Assembly (NCBI GenBank): GCA_002269645.1
Contig: NIVC01000374.1
Coordinates: 310,001-374,000, forward strand
Direction: 5' to 3'
Length of the DNA: 64,000 nucleotides
Source: Macrostomum lignano
Taxonomy: Eukaryota
Position 1 is the stretch's first letter. The number at the start of each line of letters is the position of its first letter. The notes under the pieces were generated by a model. The model saw only the letters and a list, made by a program, of their open reading frames with translations. It was not told where the DNA came from and made no database searches. Shown one piece after another: positions 1 through 12,104 of the stretch. The position numbers and the translations under genes were made by a program.

Positions 1-457
1 TCGATAAGTGTAGTAGACCTTGCAATCATGAAACAGAAATAGCAGATAATTTAATCGCTATTTACTATATGGACAGTGGGGTTACATTGTAGCAGGAGTA
101 TACATACGACTTGAGACTTATTTAACTGGTTGTAGTTTGCGCACGTAAGTTCGGAGTAAACACACATTTAAAGGCCTATAACTTCAAAGCAAAATTGTGT
201 TTTGTTGTTGAAGAAGCACAGACACTAGATGACACCAAAGGTCATCAGTGGAAACTGAATGCATAGTTAGGGCATACGAAGAAATACAAACAATTATTAA
301 ACGATGTCCTTATTTCTACTCCCCTCTTTGCGTATATTTGTTACTAAAAAAACACTTGAAGAAACACAGAGTACCAGTTGACCATTGTAGCTCGTATAGA
401 ATCGGGGCTGCTTAAAGCCCGCGAGATTTGAGCACGCTGTCTGCTTTTATATCATAT

Positions 458-1423
458 CTGAGTATCTGGGAGGCTGGCCCAGCAACTGGGGATCTGGGAG
501 GGCGATGGCCCAGCAACTGAGGATCTGGGAGGCTGGCCTAGCAACTGAGGATCTGGGAGGCTGGCTCAGCAACTGAGGATCTGGGAGGCTGGCCTAGCAA
601 CTGATGATCTGGGAGGCTGGCTCAGCAACTGAGGATCTGGGAGGCTGGCTTAGCAACTGAGGATCTCGGAGGCTGGCCCAGCAACTGAGGATCTGAGAGG
701 CTGGATCAGCAACTGAGGATCTGGGAGGCTGGCTCAGCAACTGAGGATCTGGGAGGCTGGCCCAGCAACTGAGGATCTGGGAGGCTGGCCTAGCAACTGA
801 GGATCTGGGAGGCTGGATCAGCAACTAAGGATCTGGGAGGCTGGCCCAGCAACTGAGGATCTGGGAGGCTGGCCCAGCAACTGAGGATCTGGGAGGCTGG
901 CCTAGCAACTGAGGATCTGGGAGGCTGGATCAGCAACTAAGGATCTGGGAGGCTGGCCCAGCAACTGAGGATCTGGGAGGCTGGCCCAGCAACTGAGGAT
1001 CTGGGAGGCTGGCCCAGCAACTGAGGATCTGGGAGGCTGGCCCAGCAACTGAGGATCTGGGAGGCTGGCCTAGCAACTGAGGATCTGGGAGGCTGGCTCA
1101 GCAACTGAGGATCTGGGAGGCTGGCCTAGCAACTGATGATCTGGGAGGCTGGCTCAGCAACTGAGGATCTGGGAGGCTGGCTTAGCAACTGAGGATCTCG
1201 GAGGCTGGCCCAGCAACTGAGGATCTGAGAGGCTGGATCAGCAACTGAGGATCTGGGAGGCTGGCTCAGCAACTGAGGATCTGGGAGGCTGGCCCAGCAA
1301 CTGAGGATCTGGGAGGCTGGCCTAGCAACTGAGGATCTGGGAGGCTGGATCAGCAACTAAGGATCTGGGAGGCTGGCCCAGCAACTGAGAATCTGGGAGG
1401 CTGGCTCAGCAACTGAGAATCTG
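458..1423. repeat. 28-bp minisatellite AGCAACTGAGGATCTGGGAGGCTGGC(C/T)(C/T), just past the PSMD13 stop
   Basis: About 34 units; includes a 532-bp (19-unit) internal duplication. Confidence 0.95.
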
Positions 1424-1541
1424 TAAGGGTTTGAGGGTGCAGAGGCATTTTCGTAAAGCAAACATTCACATAGCTATCGTCCCTAAAAAGTACTTTTAAG
1501 TGCCCGGCCCAAGTCAAGCCAAAAGTGCATGCAGGCAAAAA

Positions 1542-1835
1542 TCAAACAGCCATTAGGCCGTCTCCGGCGCTGCCCCGCATCATCTCCTCCATAGCGGCGG
1601 CCGAGGTCACCCAGGCGGTCAGTTTCCGCTGCACCGAGGCCAGCTGATTCACGTCCAGCACCCTGGGCTGCACCCAGGTCACGTGAACCAGTTTGTCAAC
1701 TTCGTTGATTTTGCCGCGAATCAGGTCCAAGCTGAGAGCGCGCATGAGCAGGTATTCCACTTCTTCGACTGGAACCATGGTGGCCTGCGGACAGGAGCGT
1801 GGGAAATCATGAATTAGCGGTTGCAGAAAGACAGA

Positions 1836-1911
<76 letters not shown>

Positions 1912-1918
1912 GAGACAC

Positions 1919-1973
<55 letters not shown>

Positions 1974-4900
1974 CACAGACAGACAGACAGACGACAGACA
2001 GACCATAAATCATAATTACCTGGCTAATCTCAGCAAACGAGATCTGTCGCTGAGTAGTGGGCCTCTTAAAAGCCAGTTCGATGAGGCACATCAGCGTCAC
2101 CTTCTGCTTGAGAAACTGCTCCTGCTTGGCCAAATCCGGCTGTCCGCTCCAGCGCGGCCTCAGCTGAGCGAAGGCAGCGATGTCGCCTTTGTTGAAGGCA
2201 TAGAGAAGCTGCACCAGCCAGGACTGCTCAGTGCCATCCAGCGAGGTCAGCACCTCGTGCATCAGCAATTCGCCAAAGTTGTACACGCCTGAGGGAGTTG
2301 GAACTTGCTGCTAGATACTTGGTCCCTGTGACCCGCAGCTGCATTGACTCTGACCCATCAGTGACCCACACCTACCATCTCTCTGACCCATCAGTGACCC
2401 ACGCCTACCATCTCTCTGACCCATCAGTGACCCACGCCTACCATCTCTCTGACCCATCAGTGACCCACAGCTACTGTCTCTCTGACCCATTAATGACCCA
2501 CACACACCATCTCTTCGACCCATCAGTGACCCACACCTACCATCTCTCTGACCCATCAGTGACCCACACCTACAATCTCTCTGACCCATTAGTGACCCAC
2601 ACCTACCATCTCTCTGACCCATCAGTGACCCACACTTACTATCTCTCTGACTCATCAGTAACCCACACCTACCATCTCTCTGACTCATCAGTAACCCACA
2701 CCTACCATCTCTCTGACTCATCAGTGACCCACGCCTACTATCTCTCTGACCCATCAGTGACCCACACCTACCATCTCTCTGACCCATCAGTGACCCACAC
2801 CTACCATCTCTCTGACCCATCAGTGACCCACACCTACCATCTCTCTGACTCATCAGTGACCCACACCTACAATCTCTCTGACCCATCAGTGACCCACACT
2901 TACTATCTCTCTGACCCATCAGTAACCCACACCTACCATCTCTCTGACCCATCAGTGACCCACACCTACCATCTCTCTGACTCATCAGTGACCCACGCCT
3001 ACTATCTCTCTGACCCATCAGTAACCCACACCTACCATCTCTCTGACCCATCAGTGACCCACACCTACCATCTCTCTGACTCATCAGTGACCCACGCCTA
3101 CTATCTCTCTGACCCATCAGTAACCCACACCTACCATCTCTCTGACCCATCAGTAACCCACACCTACCATCTCTCTGACTCATCAGTGACCCACGCCTAC
3201 TATCTCTCTGACCCATCAGTAACCCACACCTACCATCTCTCTGACTCATCAGTGACCCACGCCTACTATCTCTCTGACCCATCAGTAACCCACACCTACC
3301 ATCTCTCTGACTCATCAGTAACCCACACCTACCATCTCTCTGACCCATCAGTGACCCACGGCTTATTCTTCCTTATCGTTTAGTAACCAACTCAAAAACC
3401 CCAAGAAGGGATCTAACAGCAATAACGCACCCTTTCCCAGCAGAGCGGCAACAGCTACGGTGCTAGCCCAGGCCCGTCGCTCTTCAACAGGCATATTCTC
3501 CAGCTTAGTGCAGCCCAGATAGCGCAGGGCCTCGCGATAATATTCAGCATGATTTCCAAGCGTTCGATGGTAGGCTGAGGTCAACGCGAAGTAGCGGTCG
3601 TGCACCGGGGTGACGTAATCGAATTCTTGAAGCTTAGAGCCGGCCTCTTCCATTAGTTTCCGTGCAGCCGGGTTGTCCTGTAGAGATTAGAGTATGAACT
3701 GTTTAATGGCCGATTCTCATGACAGCAACTGTCTGTCTAATGGCCGATTCTCATGACAGAAACTGTCTAATGGCCGATTCTCATGACAGCAACTGTCTAA
3801 TGGTCGATTCTCATGACAGCAACTGTCTAATAGCCGATTCTCATGACAGCAACTGTCTAATGGTTAGTTCTCATGACAGCAACTGTCTAATGGCCGATTC
3901 TCATGACAGCAACTGTCTAAGTCTAATGGTTAGTTCTCATGACAGCAACTGTCTAATGGCCGATTCTCATGACAGCAACTGTCTAATGGTCGAATCTCAT
4001 GACAGCAACTGTCTAATAGCCGATTCTCATGACAGCAACTGTCTAATGGTTAGTTCTCATGACAGCAACTGTCTAATGGCCGATTCTCATGACAGCAACT
4101 GTCTAATAGCCGGTTCTCATGACAGCAACTGTCTGTCTAATGGCCGGTTCTCATGACAGCAACTGTCTGTCTAATGGCCGATTCTCATGACAGCAACTGC
4201 CTAATAGCCGATTCTCATGACAGCAACTGTCTGTCTAATAGCCGATTCTCATGACAGCAACTGTCTGTCTAATGACCGATTCTCATGACAGCAACTTTTT
4301 AACAAAAATATATTTCCACGACAGTAGATCCCTTGTATCCAATTTAGTAGTAACTGCATTCTGAATTTTTACCTTACGATCCTCCAGGTAGAAGGTAGCT
4401 AGGGCAATGTTGCACAGAACAACAGCAACAGTACCATCCTTAGCCTTGGCTAGAACTTTATCGCGTATCTTCTCAACAAAGCCGGGAATAGCGTCCTGCT
4501 TGTCGGCCTGAGTGCGCATCTTCTTCACAATTACTAGCACCACTTCGGACATGGCTAGCGGATTGATAATGTGCTCGAAATCCGATAGGAAATTCTCGTA
4601 GAAACCCTGGAATAGTGTGATAACGTAGGTGTGTTTCATCAGGATAATAAGAACAACAACACAATATGCGAGAAGTTGGAATTGGCTAAAACTATACTGA
4701 GGCAAGTTTGAAGTAAAAAATGACTGCACTAAACGACTTTGAGAATGAAGTTGTTTGTGCATTTGACTTTCGAGCAGAAGCCTCATGATTAACAAATTAC
4801 TTAGGAAGGTTTGAGAAAGAAAAACTGCTGACAGAAAAGCAATGGAAGTTGAGTAGGCGTAGGACTATAAGGGAGGTGGCTCTGGGGAACTGAACCCTAA

Positions 4901-7900
4901 AGACACTGCATGGTTCTTGTGAAGCAGGTGCTTTTTTCTAAATAAAAAGGCCAAGGGCTGCCTTGCTGTGTAGGCAATGCTTAGCATATTGACTAGATCT
5001 TCGCCTTGAGATAGTTTTATTCGTTTCTTAACTTTATTGATTGTACTCGTAGATAAATGCTTTACAGTAAAAAAACTGGCTAGCTTCAGTTGATTACAGT
5101 CTGATTTCAGTCTCGTGGTGGGCGCCCCTGTCTCTAAGAGGGCGCCCCCTGTCTCTTGGTGGGCGCCCCTGTCTCTCGGTGGGCGCCCCTATCTCTCGGT
5201 GGGCGCCACTGTCTCTTGGTGGGCGCCACTGTCTCTTGGTGGGCGCCCCTGTCTCTTAGAGGGCGCCCCCTGTCTCTTGGTGGGCGCCCCTGTCTCTCGG
5301 TGGGCGCCCCTATCTCTCGGTGGGCGCCACTGTCTCTTGGTGGGCGCCACTGTCTCTTGGTGGGCGCCCCTGTCTCTTAGAGGGCGCCCCCTGTCTCTCG
5401 GTGGGCGCCCCTGTCTCTTGGTGGGCGCCACTGTCTCTTGGTGGGCGCCCCTGTCTCTTAGAGGGCGCCCCCTGTCTCTTGGTGGGCGCCCCTGTCTCTC
5501 GGTGGGCGCCACTGTCTCTTGGTGGGCGCCCCTGTCTCTTAGAGGGCGCCCCCTGTCTCTCGGTGGGCGCCCCTGTCTCTTGGTGGGCGCCCCTGTCTCT
5601 TAGAGGGCGCCCCCTGTCTCTCGGTGGGCGCCCCTGTCTCTCGGTGGGCGCCCCTGTCTCTTAGAGGGCGCCCCCTGTCTCTTGGTGGGCGCCCCTGTCT
5701 CTTGGTGGGCGCCCCTGTCTGTTGGTGGGTGCCCCTGTCTCTTGGTGGGCGCCCCTGTCTCTCGGTGGGTGCCCCTGTCTCTTGGTGGGCGCCCCTGTCT
5801 CTCGGTGGGCGCCCCTGTCTCTCGGTGGGCGTCCCTGTCTCTTGGTGGACGCCCCCTGTCTCTTGGTGGGCGCCCCCTGTCTCTTGGTGGGCGTCCCTGT
5901 CTCTTGGTGGGCGCCCCCTGTCTCTTGGTGGGCGTCCCTGTCTCTTGGTGGGCGCCCCCTGTCTCTTGGTGGACGCCCCCTGTCTCTTGGTGGGCGTCCC
6001 TGTCTCTTGGTGGGCGCCCCCTGTCTCTTGGTGGGCGCCCCCTGTCTCTTGGTGGGCGTCCCTGTCTCTTGGTGGGCGCCCCCTGTCTCTTGGTGGGCGT
6101 CCCTGTCTCTTGGTGGGCGCCCCCTGTCTCTTGGTGGGCGACCCTGTCTCTTGGTGAGCGCCCCTGTCTCTTGGTGAGCGCCCCCTGTCTCTTGGTGGGC
6201 GCTCCCGTCTATTGATGGGCTAAAAAGTCTTGCTAAATGGCTGTTTTTTTACTTTGGTACACAGTTGAAAAATACATTGACATAATCAGGAAAAATTTAT
6301 CAGGTAATAAAATACCTTATTGATAGAATGGAATGCAACTTACTAGAACTCAAACTACACTTCTACTTGCAAGACGCTAGCACATACATTATGTATATAC
6401 ATTATTCATTTGAAACTTACATCAACCAAGACATTGGACTGGAAAACTGCTTCTTTGTTGACAAACTCCAATAGTTTCAGAGTTAGCTGATGCCATAGCC
6501 TGTAAAAAATTATGAAATATGATTAAATTGTAGCAGTTGTAATATATCGCATAGCATGAAATATATAAATTTGATATTGGACCATGCCTTCTTTGATCTA
6601 ATTTAAGTAGACTAGAAATACTCCAGACCAGTCTAGATTGTTGCTTATGCCAAAAAGTATCAATAAGTATCAGTAAGTATCAAGCTTATTTCTACAATGT
6701 TGTACAGTAGGGTGTCTGTCCACACATTTTTCATTTCTAGACTCTAAGTTTTTCCAGGTTTACTATGACCAAATGAATAAAGCAAATAAAGAAGCCACCC
6801 AGTGTTTGCCACTATCAAAGAAGGCAAGATTGCAAACAATTCAATAGGCTTTTGCTATCTAATCTTTTTTTGGAACCAACTAAAAAGTAGGCTATTGTTT
6901 TCATAAAAACTCTTAATAAGCATTAAAGATTTTGTTACTTTGGTTACTTAAACATTACAAGATATGTAGGAGGGAAAGGGAAGATAAGAACATTGAAGAA
7001 AGGGAGAGAGAGAAGGGGATAAAAAAAGAGAGGCAAGAGGAGAGAGAGGGAAAAGAAGAGAGGGGAAATAAGAAAGGAAAGAAAGGAAAAATGAGAGAAG
7101 CAAAGGGAGGGAAAAGAAAGAAGAGAAATGATAAAAAGAAAGGAAAGAAAGAAGACAAAAAGAAAAGAGGAAAAGAGGAAAGAGAAGCCTATTGCAACCA
7201 AAGGCCATTATTGCAGACAATGACTAGCACAAATTGGCCTTCAATATTGGCAGGTACAGTTTGGCATGGTGATGGGGTTTTGGCGCATGAAAGGGGAGTG
7301 TTTGGTGCAATTTAGACCTTGGCTGCAATAGGGAAAGAGAAGGAAAAAAAGAAGAGAAAATAGTCAAAAGATGATAAGTTAATAGATATAAAGCTATGCT
7401 TTATGCAATAAGGATATTATAGCATTGTGACTTTCCAAATTGCAACTTGAAACCAGGCCTTGGATAAAATTTTGCATTTCAGTGCCAGCAAAAACATCAA
7501 GCCAGGTTTTTTACACTTATAATGCATAGAATTACTATATAACATTTGACTCTTCATATCATTTACAAGTCTTAGATATCTTAGACTAAGATTGGACTTT
7601 TTAGATAAGATTTTGTATTTTGGCATTAGCATTGAATATAGCTCATAGTGTATATTTTTCCTAAATGCATTTTTGCAACTAATTACTAATAGCAAGGAGT
7701 CCCAATGGCAATGCTATATCTATGATATTCTTACTAAGTACTATTGGCTAATTGCATATTGTAACCATAGCAAAAAGTTAGGCAATGCTTATCCCTGTAG
7801 TACCATAAGAATAATTTGTCTTGTTCCTATAATACTATAGGAATAATTTTTTGCTTATCTGTATAGCACACTAATGAGATAGCTGCCCTATCTTCTCCAT

Positions 7901-10900
7901 ACTCCAGATCATGTAATAAAAATCAACCAAATTATTTGCCAAAAATGGTCCATTATGCAATTCAAAAAAAGTAATTTATTATATCCACATAAAAAGTCAT
8001 TTATTGTCAATGTCACAACACTGGTGTAGTTTTGATAATGGGTGTGCACACAATTTTTTGGCATGCATTTGTAATTATTCAATTTTTCTTCGGGTGTGCA
8101 CTTAGCATGATTTGGACTATAGTATCTTCCATACATGTGCAACAGTCGGCCGAGTCGGCCAATCCGGCCAACTGATTTGGTGGCCAACCAAGGAAGTTGC
8201 AAAAATGCCCACTCAAAAAACACACAAGTAGTAGTACTAAATAGCTGACGAGGCATTTTGGCTTAATAAGACAGTCATAGTTACTCCTGCCGTTTACCCA
8301 AAGTTCCGGTAATTTTGCTATAGAGTTTTTTACATGTAAGTCATATTTTTAGCCAAAAACTACATCGCATTTTTGTTAAAACTAAGTCGTACGGCCGACC
8401 GAATTTTGGAGGTTGCACATGTATGGTATCTTCTATATGTTTTTTATTTTTTTATTCTATAATATAAAACAAATGTTCAAGTAAAGTTATATTGTTGTAC
8501 TACAATGAAACTACAAGTAAAAAAACTGTAAACTATTCCTTACAGTATCTGTAGAAAGAGAGGATAGTCATTGTGATATATAGATAAGACATTAATTATT
8601 GGACTTTTTGAACTTTAGGTAATAGGTACATAAATTACTTCCAATTTTCTGATTTTTCTGAAACTTTTGCCAGAGTATTAGAGGCTATCCAAAATGATAT
8701 TAAAGCAAAAAACTGCAAAAAAACTTTTAGAGTTAACAAGAGCTTAATTTGTTAATCCCCATGTAATTAGTGATAATTTGATGCAAGCAATTTTGGAGAA
8801 TTGTATATTTAAAAATTAAAACTTTTTTTAGAATCATGACTTAATGTAAAATGTAAAATGTAAATATTTTCCACAATTTAATGAACTTATTTTAAAAGAA
8901 CATTTAGAGGGTTAGAATTTTAACTCCAATAAAAAGAGTGTCTATTGTAATTCTTCTTCACCAGTTTGCTATAATGCAACAAGAATGCCACTTTTAAATT
9001 GGTGTTTTTAAAAAATGCTAACCCACAGTTTGCTACCACTTTCATCTCCCACTTTTGATTTGCTATCATTCTCTCATGATTGTGACTAGCTATACATTTT
9101 TACTTGTTTACCTATAGTCATTTCTACTAATCTGCATTGTTTATCTATTCTAAAGGTAACTACAGCTGTTGATATCAATTAGTTTGATAGGATTATACTT
9201 TTTCTCCATGGAGGTATTTGATAACTTGCTGAATTTTTAATTTAAGCTTCATTACAATTCTCCCCTGGACCCCCTCAGTCTCCAAATTTATCTACCTAAT
9301 CTACAATAGACCCCCATGCTTTTATTGAAGTTTAGGTACATAAAATCAATCCTTATGAAGATTCTCCATATCATAAAACCCCTCATTCCCTATGCCATAG
9401 TAGTTGGTAGTTGTCAACCACCCCCCCCCCTTGCCCCCTTGACCTCAGCCTCCAAATTTATCTACCTAATCTTTAATAGACCTTCATGTCTCTATTGACA
9501 TTTAGATACATAAAATCATTCCCTATGAAGATTCTTCTTACCCTAAAAACCCCCATTTCCCATGCCCTACTAGTTGGCTTTAAGCTATAAAAAATGAAGC
9601 TCAAATTTGAAATCAGCACCATCAAAACCCCCTATAGAGACAAAACTATGATCCTATGAAAACTGCAACTATTTTATCTACCTGGGCCCTAAAGTTCAAG
9701 AAGTCTTAATTATTCATTATAGTATCTACTAATATAAAATAGAATAACTATCTTGTTATTAGGCCATGCAAATAAGCAAAAAAATTATTCCAATAGTACC
9801 ATAGCATAGTAGGACTAAGACAGTCCTAGGACTAGGACTATTAACTAGGACTAGGACTAATAAATAAGCACTGATAAAAAGTTATAGGCCTAAAAAATTA
9901 TAATAAATGTATTGGCTATAGATATATAGATATTTCTATTGATTGGCTACAGAAAAAAATCTGAGTTATGCCTATGGATTTTATTTTTTTATTAGAGGCA
10001 GGGGGTTGTGCGCACCCTGGTGCACTTTAAGCGACATAGACACACAACTGGCGAGAGGCATTGCTGCCCATTCCACCGACTCCTCTCAGCAGGAATACAA
10101 GTGCGCAGATACATACGCAAGCACACACTCACACAGGAGTGTACAGTGGCCCTAATTTTATTTTATCATTAGGCATGTACACTTCACTGTGCCTTGGGGG
10201 GTTGGCTTTCAAGGCCATTAATTGCATGAGCAGAGCCAAGCCGAGATTCCAATTCAGCCCCAAATTAATGTGACTGCACTTGGAATTGAGCCTGGGTCAC
10301 TGGCAACACCAGAGCCTGCGCTAAACTGCTGGGCTACGCCCCCCCCCCCCCTATGCCTATGGATATGGATATAGGAAAATTTTGGTTATGACAAAATTCT
10401 AAACTATATTATAATATTATATTTATAATTAATTAATGGCAGTGACTATTTGTCCAGTATCGGATAAATAAGGGCCTAACATAACTATTATTTATCCAGT
10501 ACCAGATAAATAAAAATGAAGTTATTTGTCCGGCATAGTATAGATATGGATATATAATAAAAACTTGTAAAATATAGGGAATACTCAAAAAAGTAGTGTA
10601 CAGTTAGTTCACTTTTAGGCTAAAAGTAGAAAATATTTGTTATGATTAGATAGTGCTATTTCTCCAAAATTCTAGAACTTTGGTAAAAAATTTGGGCATA
10701 GTCTATATGTCATTGCCCGATCCAACAGTTTTGAATAATTTTTACCTTTATTATATTTCATTCCATTTATATTGGAATGGTTTCACAATAAACAGTAGTC
10801 ATAATACAGTCAAATTTTATAACAACATTTGCTGCTATATAACACAAATGCCAAAGTAAGGACTTAGAATTATTACAATAACACTTGGAGTTGTTACAAT

Positions 10901-11535
10901 AAAAAGTGGAGTCATCACTACAGATTTGAACTCAGTATTGACTGATCATCAGGAAGACACTCTAACATCATGCTAGTATACCTTCCAAATTGGCATTGCA
11001 AAAAGATTCGCAGAGTAGCATATATAAATTCACGTAGCTTAGCTGGTACCAGACAAATAACTTCACTTTTATTTATCTGGTACCAGACAAATGGTCACTA
11101 CCTTAATTAATTTAATACTAATATACTTATCAACTTAATTTTAGGCTTCTCTTATATTATCATATATTTTTGCATTATTATATTTATAAATATATTTTTT
11201 ATGTTTTGTATGCTATGCCAATGCCATTTAAGTGATGCATAGTTTTGCTAAAGAAATTGTCTGATATACCAGTCTATGCTCTACTATAGCCTACTTATTA
11301 TAGTTAGATGTTTGATATGATTTTGAAAAGTTGTTTTGAAATAACAGAGTTACTCTTTTGGTAAAGCTAAGACAGCAAAATGAAATGCTGTATGTCATGC
11401 TACAATTTAAAAGTAAGCAACTTACTTCTTCAGATAGTACTTTTCAATGATTTGCCAGTCCTCTGCAAAAACGTCATTGGAACGTTTTTGAACATCTAAG
11501 TAGTTCTCGGCTGCTGATTGGCTAGTCATTGTCAT
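1542..11535 (-). CDS. PSMD13: 26S proteasome non-ATPase regulatory subunit 13 (Rpn9), 6 coding exons, 393 aa
   Basis: Exons (minus): 11535-11426 (MTMTSQSAAENYLDVQKRSNDVFAEDWQIIEKYYLKK), 6499-6421 (LWHQLTLKLLEFVNKE...), 4606-4373 (GFYENFLSDFEHIINPL...), 3677-3431 (...YFALTSAYHRTLGNHAEYYREALRYLGC...), 2288-2020 (VYNFGELLMHEVL...LIELAFKRP), 1784-1542 (...EVEYLLMRALSLDLIRGKINEVDKLVHVTWVQPRVLD...). All introns GT-AG with matching phases; 1182 nt total. Motifs KLWHQLT, NFGELL and TWVQPRVLD recognised from PSMD13. Confidence 0.95.
1829..2003. repeat. (CAGC)n/(CAGA)n microsatellite in PSMD13 intron 5
   Basis: Directly visible; intron is 1785-2019. Confidence 0.95.
2345..3360. repeat. 33-bp minisatellite CTCTCTGACCCATCAGTGACCCACACCTACCAT in PSMD13 intron 4
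   Basis: About 30 units; intron is 2289-3430. Confidence 0.95.
3700..4293. repeat. 30/34-bp minisatellite TCTCATGACAGCAACTGTCTAATGGCCGAT in PSMD13 intron 3
   Basis: About 19 units, each with the hairpin GACAG-CAA-CTGTC; intron is 3678-4372. Confidence 0.95.
5110..6208. repeat. 20/21-bp minisatellite GGTGGGCGCCCCTGTCTCTT in PSMD13 intron 2
   Basis: About 54 units; intron is 4607-6420. Confidence 0.95.
6965..7190. repeat. Purine-rich (GA) low-complexity tract
   Basis: Almost only A/G on the plus strand. Confidence 0.85.
8130..8425. mobile_element. hAT-type MITE, 296 bp
   Basis: Perfect 14-bp TIR CATACATGTGCAAC (8130-8143 / 8412-8425) flanked by an 8-bp TSD GTATCTTC (8122-8129 / 8426-8433). 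Confidence 0.75.
9262..9580 (+). repeat. Two tandem copies of a dispersed repeat of about 150-170 bp
   Basis: CTCCAAATTTATCTACCTAATCT...TAAAATCA.TCC.TATGAAGATTCT occurs at about 9280 and about 9450. Confidence 0.75.
9980..10351 (-). mobile_element. tRNA-derived SINE, full-length, in PSMD13 intron 1
   Basis: 13-bp TSD TATGCCTATGGAT at 9967-9979 and 10352-10364; minus strand reads poly-G, A-box-like TAGCCCAGCAG, B-box-like GGCTCAATTCC, body, A-rich tail TAATAAAAAAATAAAA. A homologous head lies at 39677. Confidence 0.78.
10438..11102. mobile_element. Non-autonomous TIR element, about 665 bp, TTAA-flanked (Kolobok/piggyBac-like)
   Basis: Left GGCAGTGACTATTTGTCCAGTATCGGATAAATAA versus reverse complement of right end GGTAGTGACCATTTGTCTGGTACCAGATAAATAA (6 transitions); subterminal repeat GATAAATAAAAxTGAAGTTATTTGTC; TTAA on both flanks (1 nt offset on the left). 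Confidence 0.55.
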
Positions 11536-11967
11536 TGCTTTTGATAATAATGCTGGATTTTGTTAATGAAAAAAAATAACTGACTACGTTTTTGTGGTGA
11601 ATAATTGCAGTTCAGCCTGTCCAGTAGCTAAAAAATCAATATCGTAGAAAATTCTTGGATTTTCAAGACAATTTCTCAGAAAGTCATACAAAAGTTTAAA
11701 TATTTGCTGTAAAGTAATCACCATATAAACAAAGCTAAAGCTTGTTACAATATATTGGCCCATTAAAGCTGTGAGTTGTTAAATTTACATATAGCATCTA
11801 GCAACAAACTAAATAAGCTTTTAAAAAATAAACAACTAATTCTTAAATTCGTTGTAACTTGTAAATCATGGAGTGGGTGAGTGACGCAAGTAGTTGATAT
11901 AAGTGGGGTACAGGGAAACATATGAAAATAAATGTGAAAATAAACACAGATCAAGTTAGATTAAATT

Positions 11968-12016
11968 ATTCAAACGCGTTTCGGTCCCACGACAAGGGCC
12001 ATCTTCAGGGTCTGAT
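11968..12016 (-). ncRNA. Degenerate Penelope-type minimal hammerhead ribozyme motif
   Basis: Minus strand: CUGAAGA U GGCCC UUGUCGU GGGACC GAAA CGCGUU. Core, stem II and palindromic stem III present; stem I pairing next to the cleavage site is broken. Confidence 0.5.
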
Positions 12017-12104
12017 GTATTTTTCACTCACGCAACAATTACTTTTATAAGAGATAAATAGAGAACATTAGCAGAAACAGAAAAGAATAATATCCCTAGT
12101 AGTG

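Noticed and set aside
2298-3383. 361-aa and 345-aa ORFs
   Set aside because: Translations of the 33-bp array inside PSMD13 intron 4.
10920-10955. Second hammerhead-like motif (minus CTGATGA-TCAG/CTGA)
   Set aside because: GAAA core absent; too degenerate to call.
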